This document shows positions 8,836 through 17,493 of a stretch of DNA of 34,160 bases, piece by piece; positions within the stretch are counted from its first letter, which is position 1, and the number at the start of each line of letters is the position of its first letter. The notes beneath the pieces are model-generated. The model was not told the origin of the DNA. It made no database searches and worked only from the letters and a program-made list of their open reading frames with translations. Location: sequence record DRR723986_9341. One strand, 5' to 3'. The position numbers and the translations under genes are program-made.

Positions 8836-8891
8836 ATCTCCTTTTTTCTAAAAATCTGCAAACTCTGTGCGCAAACAGTTATAGAATAATA

Positions 8892-8949
8892 TGATTATCC
8901 GCAATGATACCAGCCACCTTAACTTTTTTGCTTGTCAGGTTGGATAACC
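8892..8949 (-). repeat. Copy 2 (apparently complete) of the structured non-coding repeat or possible ncRNA
   Basis: Minus strand reads GGTTATCC-AACCTGACAAGCAAAAAAGTTAAGGTGGCTGGTATCATTGC-GGATAATCA. The terminal arms pair (8 bp with one G-U), and it matches 2-50 at 39/49. Confidence 0.85.
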
Positions 8950-8955
8950 GAAGAC

Positions 8956-9798
8956 TTAGTCCACGTCGTTGCTTACCATATCAAACGTCTCTCTTACTTT
9001 AGGCTGAAAGTTCCACTTCAAGGCTACGGTTGGCCCGTAATACACGTCAAATTGAGTTCCGCTGCTGCGAAGTTGCATTTGAGCAATGATCCCAGTTAAT
9101 ACAGTTAAGTTTTTAGTAAGTCCTGCGGAGTAATAAACCGATTGCCTTAAGATGTCAAAATGGTCTTTTGCATAATCCTTTGGAGCAAATTTGAACATGA
9201 CCTCAGTGTAATAGGAAATATTGTGCGACTGGAAGATTGGATTCTCACCTTGATTCAAGTAGTGGTTTACTCCGAATCTTCCTCTTATTCTAGGGATTGT
9301 TCGCTTGATGCCATTCTTATCATCAAAGAATTTGGTTTCAAATCTAACTTGCTCGAAAATACTTCCTTTGGGCATTTTTTGCATGTAAGTTCCCATGAGG
9401 ATCAGTCGCCTTTCGAGAATTTCAGGGTTACCGGCCTCTACTATTTCATATTTCTTATTTCGGGCGTAACCCACATAAAATTTCATATGCTTGAATCCTG
9501 AATAGATCAACCAAGGTCTAACCACAAAACGCTGCACATATGCATAAGGATTTGAATTGGAATACGCGCCCTGTGATACCAATTGAAGGTCTACTTGTCC
9601 AGATATTTTCCATTTCTCCAAAAGTGGAAATGCAACATCAATCTCGGAAATTGAGGCAGGGATAAAACCTACTTCATAACCGGGCTCTGATTGAGCCATT
9701 AAGTTATTAGACAAGAAAAATTGAAGTAAAAACAAGCAGCAAGTAGTAAGTACTTTGCGGACTTTCGGTTTGGTCGAGTAACTCCAGGTTTGGATCAT
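8956..9798 (-). CDS. Putative outer-membrane beta-barrel protein, DUF2490-like
   Basis: Signal-like N-terminus (NLMA-QS), alternating amphipathic strands, and the pattern EQVRFETKFF...RIRGRF. Confidence 0.55.
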   Translation of the reverse strand: MIQTWSYSTKPKVRKVLTTCCLFLLQFFLSNNLMAQSEPGYEVGFIPASISEIDVAFPLLEKWKISGQVDLQLVSQGAYSNSNPYAYVQRFVVRPWLIYSGFKHMKFYVGYARNKKYEIVEAGNPEILERRLILMGTYMQKMPKGSIFEQVRFETKFFDDKNGIKRTIPRIRGRFGVNHYLNQGENPIFQSHNISYYTEVMFKFAPKDYAKDHFDILRQSVYYSAGLTKNLTVLTGIIAQMQLRSSGTQFDVYYGPTVALKWNFQPKVRETFDMVSNDVD

Positions 9799-9857
9799 TT
9801 TCTATTGAGAGGGAGTGTTTAGTATGCCTAGTTCTTAAATGGTAGCTATTTTTAAAT

Positions 9858-10553
9858 CTAGGATAAAGTTGGTTTAATTAGATGTGATCGAATACCCATC
9901 ACTATCATCAGCTGGGCGATGGCATAAGTGCCCATAATGATGATACCTGCATCAGGAATGGGGAGGTAAAATTTATCCAGAGCAATAACTCCATCAGAAA
10001 TAAAGAAGAGAATAGCTCCAATGAATACTTGCCAAAATGAAGCTGGATTACATTTCCCATAGCGCTCTCTTGCAGTGGTTACCATACTTACTATCACTAT
10101 AATGTAGATAATCACGGGGATTTTCAGTGCGCCAAGATTCGGGTTGATCATGTAAAAAGTAAAGGCCGCCAAAAAATAAACCGGGAGATTGATAAAGAAG
10201 GTCTTTACAAAGTTCACATTAAGGAGAGATTCCGGAGCTTTTTGAGCTACCTTAAATCCTATGATATAACAGACATGGGCCAGAAGGAAGGCGCCAATTC
10301 CATATATAAAAAGGTGATCCCACAAAAGTAGAATATCTCCAAGCAGGGAAAATATCAAAGCACCTAAAATAGATTTGGATAGTAAAGTAGAGGAAATTGG
10401 TTTAGTAATTTGGTAGAAATATCCAATCAACCCCAATATAATCAGAGGTTTGGAAAAAAATCTTAGCTCTAATTTTTGCTCCAGAATAAAAGCTAAATCA
10501 ATTAAAGTCGCGAATAAAAACAGGTAGAGCCAAAGGATATTTTTCTTTTTCAA
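9858..10553 (-). CDS. YhhN/TMEM86-family lysoplasmalogenase-like membrane protein (TTG start)
   Basis: SKPL, FSLLGDILLL, GIGAFLLAHVCYI, GAILFFISD and TYAIAQ motifs in a multi-TM protein. Confidence 0.88.
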   Translation of the reverse strand: MKKKNILWLYLFLFATLIDLAFILEQKLELRFFSKPLIILGLIGYFYQITKPISSTLLSKSILGALIFSLLGDILLLWDHLFIYGIGAFLLAHVCYIIGFKVAQKAPESLLNVNFVKTFFINLPVYFLAAFTFYMINPNLGALKIPVIIYIIVIVSMVTTARERYGKCNPASFWQVFIGAILFFISDGVIALDKFYLPIPDAGIIIMGTYAIAQLMIVMGIRSHLIKPTLS

Positions 10554-10848
10554 ATGATGGATAATTTTGAGTAATTTTTAAGAGACATAATTTTTAAATA
10601 GGTTGTTCCATATTTTCAGAATAAAATACTGTTAATATTGAGAATTTCAATTCCTAGGTGATTGAGGTTCTTCTGAAATTTTATTCTAAAATACGTCTAC
10701 TTTTCTAGGTAAAAGGAATGTGTAACAAAACTTTTTGGCCTTTTGGCAGAATATTATTCACCTTTCTATGTTAAGAAATAGTTAAAATTAGTGAAATTTG
10801 TAACGCAAAACTTAACGTTATGTACCCATAGATCATCGCGGGTGAATT

Positions 10849-10856
10849 TACCTTTG
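10849..10856 (+). promoter_or_regulatory. Bacteroidota sigma-70 -7 promoter element
   Basis: TACCTTTG matches TAnnTTTG, 43 nt upstream of the receptor ATG. Confidence 0.65.
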
Positions 10857-10899
10857 CAGGGAATAATTTCAAACCAGTTTATATCAAAACGTACAAATT

Positions 10900-13800
10900 A
10901 TGAGGAAAAATTTACTTAAAATTTTGGTTTCACTCGTATTGGTAGTAATTGCCACTATTGGTGTATCCCAAGCACAAGTAACTACCAGTTCTATTGTAGG
11001 ACTAGTGGTTGATGCACAAGGGGAGACACTTCCTGGAGCGAACGTTGTCGCTACACACGTGCCTTCTGGTACGCGTTATGGTGCTGTCACTAACTTAGAC
11101 GGCCGATTTACCATTCCTAACATGAGAATTGGTGGTCCTTACACTATTCAAGTTAGCTTTATTGGATACCAAGCTGCTTCCTACAGCAATGTGGTTCTGA
11201 GACTAGGCGAACCTTATGCGCTTTCAGTTACGCTAAACGATGATAGTACGGAACTTGGCGAGGTGATCGTTTCTGCATCAAAATCTTCGGAATTTGATTC
11301 TAACAAAACAGGTACTTCTACAAGTATTTCTACCAAGCAGTTGACTGACCTTCCTCAGATCAACAGATCTGTTACAGAATTTACTAGATTGACTCCTCAG
11401 GCGAATGGTACTTCTTTCGCTGGTCGTGATTCCAGATATAACAATCTTCAAGTAGATGGAGCAAACTTCAACAACGGTTTTGGATTGAGCAGTAACCCAC
11501 TTCCAGGTGGAAATTCTCAACCTATTTCTTTGGATGCGATCGAGCAAATCTCTGTGAATATCGCTCCTTTTGATGTAACTCAATCTGGTTTTACTGGTGC
11601 AGGTATCAATGCTGTAACACGTAGCGGTACAAATACATTTACTGGTTCTGCTTATTTCTTCACTAAAAACCAGGACTTGCAAGGCAAGAAAATTGGTGAT
11701 ATTGAGCTGGAAGCAACGGATGCTGCTACAAATAACTTCGGTTTTAGACTAGGTGGTCCAATCATCAAAAACAAATTATTCTTCTTCGTCAACGCTGAAA
11801 GAGAAGTGAACACTGGAGCAAATGCTTCTGGAGCTAACCTTTGGAGAGCTTCAACAGACGGAGTTGCTGATCCAGATAATAACATTGCAAGAACTACTGT
11901 AGCTGATCTTGAAGCAGTACAAAGCCACCTGATCAATCAGTGGGGATATGATCCAGGTAGATACCAAGGATTTGCGAATGAAGCAGAACAGTTTAGCACC
12001 AAATTTTTGGCTAGAATTGACTGGAACATCAGTGACAAGCATAAGCTAGCTGTACGATACAACCAAGTAGTAGGTACTTCTCCTCAGATTACTAACGGAT
12101 CTTCAGGTCCAAGACCAAGAACTCCGGGTTCTGCACAAAGAGTTAGTCAAAACTCTATGGCTTTTGAAAACGCAGCTTATGGCTTCGAAAATACAGTAAG
12201 GTCTGTTACTGCTGAATTGAACTCATATTTCAGCCCTAAGATCTCTAATCAGTTCCTAGCAACTTATTCTAAAATCCAAGATACCAGAACTACTCCAGGA
12301 GCTGAGTTCCCTATGGTGGATATCTGGGATGGCGGCGGAAGAGGTGATGGCGATGCCAATTACATGAGCTTTGGTACGGAGCTATTCTCTTATAACAACG
12401 ATGTGATAAATGATAACTTCTCTTTTATCAACAACTTGACTTATACTGAAGGTCGTCATACGGTCACTGCAGGTGCAGCATTTGAGATCCAAAAATTTGG
12501 TAACTCTTTTGTAAGAATGGGTACTTCCTACTACAGATATGCTTCTGTTGAAGATTTCTTGACTACTGGTACGCCAAATGAAGTGGCACCAATCATGTTC
12601 GGTTTGACTTACCCATATGAAGGACAAGAGACTTACGCTAGAGTGAACTTTGGCTTGGCTTCTCTATACGCTCAGGACAAATTCGCTGTAAACGATCAAT
12701 TGACCTTGACTCTAGGTTTAAGAGCTGAGTTACCAATTTATTTGAATGATCTTACTCCAAACGAAGCGATCAATGATCTTACTTTATTGGATACAGATTA
12801 TCAGCCGAAGAATTACGATTCAGGAAGCTGGCCTAAATCCCGCGTAATGCTGTCTCCACGATTTGGATTCAACTATGACGTAATGGGTGATAGAAGCCTA
12901 ATCATTAGAGGTGGTACAGGTATCTTCTCTGGTAGAGTTCCTTTCGTATGGTTGACAAATATGCCAACTGGAGCAGGTGTTTTGCAAAACACTGTTGAGC
13001 CTGGTAGTTATGGTGAGGTTGCTGGATGGATTGGAAATGTGTCTTTCCAGCCTGAGAAATACTATTACGTAGAGAACCCGCCTGCAGGTGGAGAAAATGT
13101 TTTCATCAAGAATCCTACTCAAGGTGCACCGAACTCATTTGCTTTGGTTGATACAGACTTTAGAATGCCAATGGTATGGAGATCTAGTTTAGGAGCTGAT
13201 TACCAGTTGGGTGATTCTCCATTTATGTTAACTGCTGATCTCTTGTATACCAAAGACATCAATGGGGTATTCCAATTCGGAGCGAACAGAGCTATTTCTC
13301 CAAACAAAATGAATAGTGCTGGAGATGACAGAGAGGTTGTTTTACCAGGTACTAGCGTAGCTTATAACTCAGCAATGGGTGCTAATAATGCAACTATCTT
13401 GACTAACACTGATGTGAAAGGTCATGCTGTAAGTGCAACAATCGGTTTGTCAGTTCCAGAATACAACGGCTTCTCAGGAAGTGTATTCTATACTTACTCT
13501 GCAGCAAAAGAGGTTAGCTCCAATTCTGGATCTAGTGCAAGTTCTGCATGGGGAGCTTCTCCAAACATTAACTCTCCAAATGATCAGCGTCTGAATATCT
13601 CTGATTTCGCTTTGCCAAATAGAATAGTGGCAAACATGAGCTACAGAGTGGAATATGCTAACTTCCTTGCGACTACAATTGGTGTGTATTACACAGGAGG
13701 AAATCAGGGCAGACTTTCTTACACGTATGGAAACGACCTTAATGGAGACGGTATTAATGCTGATCTTCTTTACATTCCTGAAAATACCGCAGACTTCAAT

Positions 13801-14241
13801 TTTGTTGACATCGTATCTAATGGTACTGTAGTCTATACTGCTCAGCAGCAAAGAACTGCCTTCGATCAGTATATTGCGGACAATGACCTTGAAGAGTACA
13901 GAGGTGGATATGTTCCTAGAAATGCGATCATTCAGCCATGGTTGAGCAGATTCGATGTGAGAGTACTACAGGACATCTTTACTAATATCGGTGAAAGAAG
14001 AAATACACTTCAGGTAAGTTTAGACGTAGTAAACTTCGGTAACCTGTTGAATAAAGACTGGGGAATTTCACAAAGAACAAACGGGGCTCAGAACCTTCTT
14101 TCTCGTTCTGGCTCAGTTAGTGCAAACCCTAACTATGTGATGAACCAAGTTTCTGGCGAATTGCCAACAACACCATATCAGAATGTAAGTAACTTCTCTA
14201 CTACCTGGAGCATGCAGTTAGGCTTGAGATATATCTTCTAA
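10900..14241 (+). CDS. TonB-dependent receptor, Oar-like, with N-terminal carboxypeptidase-regulatory-like domain
   Basis: Signal peptide SQA-QVTTS, GETLPGANV...GGPYTI, plug motif ISLDAIEQ...FDVTQSGFTGAGINAVTRSGTN, SPRFGFNYD and C-terminal QLGLRYIF. Confidence 0.93.
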   Translation: MRKNLLKILVSLVLVVIATIGVSQAQVTTSSIVGLVVDAQGETLPGANVVATHVPSGTRYGAVTNLDGRFTIPNMRIGGPYTIQVSFIGYQAASYSNVVLRLGEPYALSVTLNDDSTELGEVIVSASKSSEFDSNKTGTSTSISTKQLTDLPQINRSVTEFTRLTPQANGTSFAGRDSRYNNLQVDGANFNNGFGLSSNPLPGGNSQPISLDAIEQISVNIAPFDVTQSGFTGAGINAVTRSGTNTFTGSAYFFTKNQDLQGKKIGDIELEATDAATNNFGFRLGGPIIKNKLFFFVNAEREVNTGANASGANLWRASTDGVADPDNNIARTTVADLEAVQSHLINQWGYDPGRYQGFANEAEQFSTKFLARIDWNISDKHKLAVRYNQVVGTSPQITNGSSGPRPRTPGSAQRVSQNSMAFENAAYGFENTVRSVTAELNSYFSPKISNQFLATYSKIQDTRTTPGAEFPMVDIWDGGGRGDGDANYMSFGTELFSYNNDVINDNFSFINNLTYTEGRHTVTAGAAFEIQKFGNSFVRMGTSYYRYASVEDFLTTGTPNEVAPIMFGLTYPYEGQETYARVNFGLASLYAQDKFAVNDQLTLTLGLRAELPIYLNDLTPNEAINDLTLLDTDYQPKNYDSGSWPKSRVMLSPRFGFNYDVMGDRSLIIRGGTGIFSGRVPFVWLTNMPTGAGVLQNTVEPGSYGEVAGWIGNVSFQPEKYYYVENPPAGGENVFIKNPTQGAPNSFALVDTDFRMPMVWRSSLGADYQLGDSPFMLTADLLYTKDINGVFQFGANRAISPNKMNSAGDDREVVLPGTSVAYNSAMGANNATILTNTDVKGHAVSATIGLSVPEYNGFSGSVFYTYSAAKEVSSNSGSSASSAWGASPNINSPNDQRLNISDFALPNRIVANMSYRVEYANFLATTIGVYYTGGNQGRLSYTYGNDLNGDGINADLLYIPENTADFNFVDIVSNGTVVYTAQQQRTAFDQYIADNDLEEYRGGYVPRNAIIQPWLSRFDVRVLQDIFTNIGERRNTLQVSLDVVNFGNLLNKDWGISQRTNGAQNLLSRSGSVSANPNYVMNQVSGELPTTPYQNVSNFSTTWSMQLGLRYIF

Positions 14242-14262
14242 ATACAAAAATTCCATAAGTCT

Positions 14263-14293
14263 AAAAGCACCTCAGTCTTGGGGTGCTTTTTTT
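14263..14293 (+). terminator. Intrinsic terminator (A-tract/T-tract, possibly bidirectional)
   Basis: AAAAGCACCTCA-GTCT-TGGGGTGCTTTT-TTT. Confidence 0.85.
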
Positions 14294-14342
14294 GTTTATT
14301 CTAGCTGTATTTCTTTATTTTAAGGGTTTAAATTTTACGACT

Positions 14343-15413
14343 ATGAAAAAAGGTTTACTGTTTTTAGTATTTGTTTTAGCATTCTTTTTTGAGTCCTCTG
14401 GGCAGACAGATTCACTTTTGCTAAGTAATGGCAATCTGATTGTGGGTGAGATAAAAAGTATGGACAAAGGTGTTTTGACTATTGAGACGGATTATTCAGA
14501 TTCAGATTTCAAAGTCACTTGGGGAGAAATTAGAGAAATAGCTTCCAAGACTAAATACCTTATTACACTTTCCAACGGCAAACGTTACAACGGTACGCTC
14601 AACAGCATAGATAGTCTCCGGGCTGAGATAGACACCTATGACCCGGAAAGTATACTCAGGAGTATAAGAGGTAAAAGAACGGAGACAGAGCAACCAATTG
14701 GTGGCAAAGAGCTTGTAAACTTATCGGAAATAGTCTATCTCAATGCGTTGGATGAAGGCTTCTGGAGCAGACTATCCGCTAATATTGATTTGGGATGGAG
14801 TATAACGAAAGCAAATAACCTAACTCAATTCAATATTAGATCAGGCTTAGGATACCTAGCAGATAGATGGAAAGCCAGTTCGTCCTATAATTCCCTTAGA
14901 TCCACCCAAGATGAAGTAGCGGATGTCAAACGAACGGATGGAAGCTTCGCATTCAACTATTTTTTGCCCAAAGATTGGTTCTTGTTATACAACTTCACTT
15001 ACCTGTCTAATACCGAGCAGCTGATCAAAAGTCGAGTAGGTAATCAGATTGGTTTGGGAAAATATTTGATCCACACCAATAAAACTTACTTCGGGTTTCA
15101 GACAGGTATCAACTTAAACTCTGAATCCTATTTCGATGAAACCCCATCCAGAAATTCTGGGGAAGCTATGATAGGTGCGGAGTTGAACTTGTACGACATA
15201 GGAGACCTGACCTTACTCACCAACTTGATGGCCTATCCCAGTTTGACGGAGTCAAATCGATTCAGAACGGATTTTAAGCTTGACGTCAAATACGATTTCT
15301 TGGATGATTTCTATGTGAAGGTAGGTACCACAATGAACTTTGATAATCAGCCGATTGAAGGAGCTACCAAACTGGATTACATTTTCCAGACTACTGTAGG
15401 CTGGGAGCTTTAG
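14343..15413 (+). CDS. DUF481-like outer-membrane beta-barrel protein
   Basis: Start reassigned to ATG 14343 (MKKGLLFLV signal peptide). N-terminal DSLLLSNGNLIVGEIK small domain is followed by amphipathic strands (LGWSITKANN, NFDNQP, TTVGWEL). Confidence 0.7.
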   Translation: MKKGLLFLVFVLAFFFESSGQTDSLLLSNGNLIVGEIKSMDKGVLTIETDYSDSDFKVTWGEIREIASKTKYLITLSNGKRYNGTLNSIDSLRAEIDTYDPESILRSIRGKRTETEQPIGGKELVNLSEIVYLNALDEGFWSRLSANIDLGWSITKANNLTQFNIRSGLGYLADRWKASSSYNSLRSTQDEVADVKRTDGSFAFNYFLPKDWFLLYNFTYLSNTEQLIKSRVGNQIGLGKYLIHTNKTYFGFQTGINLNSESYFDETPSRNSGEAMIGAELNLYDIGDLTLLTNLMAYPSLTESNRFRTDFKLDVKYDFLDDFYVKVGTTMNFDNQPIEGATKLDYIFQTTVGWEL

Positions 15414-15435
15414 ACTTGACTTCTGTTCGTGTATT

Positions 15436-15473
15436 AAAAATGCCTGATTTCATTACTGATTTCGGGCATTTTT
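15436..15473 (+). terminator. Intrinsic terminator-like hairpin
   Basis: AAAAATGCCTGA...TCGGGCATTTTT inverted repeat 22 nt after the stop codon. Confidence 0.7.
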
Positions 15474-15606
15474 GAGTTGAGTATCCTGTATTTTTTCCAT
15501 TGATGGCAAAGATTTGCCTTCAGTATGTTTTGTTACTTTTTCCTGTATTTACTGAGTTATTTTTGTATTCTGACAACCTTAAGAATGATCCCGAGGTTAA
15601 CCTACC

Positions 15607-16392
15607 ATGTTGTATTATAAGATATTTTCTCATTCGGTGAGTAAAGAATGGGTCGTGTTTATACATGGTGCAGGGGGATCCTCTGCGGTATGGTTTAAGC
15701 AGCTGAAGGATTTCAGGGAAAAGTATAATCTGCTACTGATAGATCTTCGGGGGCACGGCAAGTCAGCCGATCTGCCTCAGCAGATTTACAATGAGGAATA
15801 TACCTTCACCGGAGTCACGAATGACGTTATTGAAGTGCTGGATCACCTGAATATTCCACCGGCTCATTTTATGGGGGTTTCTCTGGGTACAATTATAGTC
15901 CGACAGCTAGCTGAGCTAGAAAAATGGCGAGTTAAATCACTAGTATTGGCTGGCGCAGTCACTCGACTGACCGTTCAGTCCAGAATACTGGTTACGCTAG
16001 GGAGTACGTTCAAGCGAGTGATTCCTTACATGTGGCTGTACAGGTTATTTGCCTTTGTGATCTTACCGAGGAAGCAGCATGCCGAATCGAGAAACTTGTT
16101 TGTCCAAGAAGCCCAAAAACTATGTCAGAAGGAATTTATTCGCTGGTTTCAATTGACTAAAGATATAAATCCGCTTCTGAACTATTTTAAGGAATCCGAT
16201 CTAGGAATTCCTACACTTTATGTAATGGGCGATCAGGATGTCATGTTTTTGGAGCCAGTCAAAAAAATTATAAAAACGCATAAAAGCTCAGTATTGAATA
16301 TTTTGAAGAAATGTGGACATGTAGTGAATGTTGAAAGACCTGATGAGTTTAACAAACTTTCGCTCGCATTTATTCAAAATCAACACATTTAA
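15607..16392 (+). CDS. Alpha/beta hydrolase
   Basis: FIHGAGG, DLRGHGKS, nucleophile GVSLG, GDQD and CGHVVNVE. Confidence 0.92.
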   Translation: MLYYKIFSHSVSKEWVVFIHGAGGSSAVWFKQLKDFREKYNLLLIDLRGHGKSADLPQQIYNEEYTFTGVTNDVIEVLDHLNIPPAHFMGVSLGTIIVRQLAELEKWRVKSLVLAGAVTRLTVQSRILVTLGSTFKRVIPYMWLYRLFAFVILPRKQHAESRNLFVQEAQKLCQKEFIRWFQLTKDINPLLNYFKESDLGIPTLYVMGDQDVMFLEPVKKIIKTHKSSVLNILKKCGHVVNVERPDEFNKLSLAFIQNQHI

Positions 16393-16409
16393 GCATATTA
16401 TTTTTCTCA

Positions 16410-17492
16410 ATGAAAAAGCAAACTAAAGTCCTATTGATCATTGCAGTTATTGTGATTGCTGCTGTTGCATATTTCTACCCAAGAATGGACACCCGTAATA
16501 GTAATGATACAGGCGTCGCTTCGGTGGGTGCAGGCCCCGGTGCCCCATCTGATTTGCAGGTGAAAGTCGTAAAACTAAAGCGTGAAACCTTGAGGAATCA
16601 GCTTTCCATTACCGGTACTATTTTGCCAAATGAGTCAGTAGATCTACGTACTGAGATTACTGGTTTGGTTACCAAGATTTCCTTTAAAGAAGGTCAATAT
16701 GTAAGTAAAGGAACACCTTTACTTTACCTAAACGACGATGAGCTACAGGCTCAATTCCAACGTCTTCAGTTTACTCAAAAGCTCTTCGAAACCCAAGAAA
16801 ATAGACAAAAGCAGTTGTTAGCCCGTGAGGCGATTAGTCAGGAAGAGTATGATATTGTGCTCAATGAATATAATACCACACTTTCTGATTTGAAATTGGT
16901 AGAAGCTCAGCTTTCTAAAACGATCATTAGAGCTCCTTTTAATGGGATCCTGGGTTTGAGGCAGGTGAGTGAAGGCTCTGTGATAGGTACTAATGATGTG
17001 ATTGCAAATTTTGTAAACATAGACCCAATCAAAATTGAGTTTTCTGTTCCGGAGCGCTATGCCAATCAGGTGACTCTAGGCTCTCAAATTTACTTCACTA
17101 ACGAATCTTCCCCAGAGGAGGAGGTAGGAAAAGTCTATGCTTTTGAGCCACAGATAGATGCTGCTACTCGTACATTGAAATTAAGAGCAGAAAGTCCAAA
17201 CAAGGACCGCAGGTATTTACCTGGAATGTTCGTAAGAATTCGTTTTGTACTGGGAGAAACTGAAGATGCGCTGATGGTGCCATCAGAATCAGTGGTTCCG
17301 GAATTGCAAGGCTATAAAGTTTTCGTAGTTGGTGCCGATAACAAAGCCGAGGAACGCTCGGTAGAAATAGGTACTCGTACAGATACGCATGTTCAAATCA
17401 CTAGTGGGTTGGACGTGGGAGATCTGGTACTCACCACTGGTGTATTGCAAGCAAGGACGGGAACCCCTGTTGAATTCACACAAATCAACTAA
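16410..17492 (+). CDS. RND efflux periplasmic adaptor (MFP) subunit
   Basis: N-terminal anchor, KEGQYVSKG lipoyl half, IRAPFNG, IDAATRT and LPGMF. Confidence 0.93.
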   Translation: MKKQTKVLLIIAVIVIAAVAYFYPRMDTRNSNDTGVASVGAGPGAPSDLQVKVVKLKRETLRNQLSITGTILPNESVDLRTEITGLVTKISFKEGQYVSKGTPLLYLNDDELQAQFQRLQFTQKLFETQENRQKQLLAREAISQEEYDIVLNEYNTTLSDLKLVEAQLSKTIIRAPFNGILGLRQVSEGSVIGTNDVIANFVNIDPIKIEFSVPERYANQVTLGSQIYFTNESSPEEEVGKVYAFEPQIDAATRTLKLRAESPNKDRRYLPGMFVRIRFVLGETEDALMVPSESVVPELQGYKVFVVGADNKAEERSVEIGTRTDTHVQITSGLDVGDLVLTTGVLQARTGTPVEFTQIN

Positions 17493-17493
17493 C

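Noticed and set aside
8892-8949. SAM-I riboswitch reading of the repeat (TTATC...GATAA ends, AGCAA...AAGGTG core, near a sulfur-related gene)
   Set aside because: At about 58 nt it is too short, and it lacks the AGA/GAGGGA kink-turn P2 arm and the GCAACC motif of SAM-I.
2-8949. Composite transposon or IS with terminal inverted repeats
   Set aside because: No transposase lies inside, the left end is cut by the window so target duplications cannot be assessed, and the copies are only ~80% identical. Kept only as an unexplained repeat.
14283-14342. ORF-track GTG start for the DUF481 gene
   Set aside because: It lies inside the upstream terminator hairpin; ATG 14343 gives a normal signal peptide.
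15504-15518. Sigma-54 promoter upstream of the hydrolase
   Set aside because: The spacing is GG-N9-GC, not the strict N10. Retained only as a palindrome.
17389-17493. ORF-track N-terminal extension of the RND permease
   Set aside because: It overlaps the MFP gene by 104 nt; ATG 17494, 1 nt after the MFP stop, gives the typical N-terminus.
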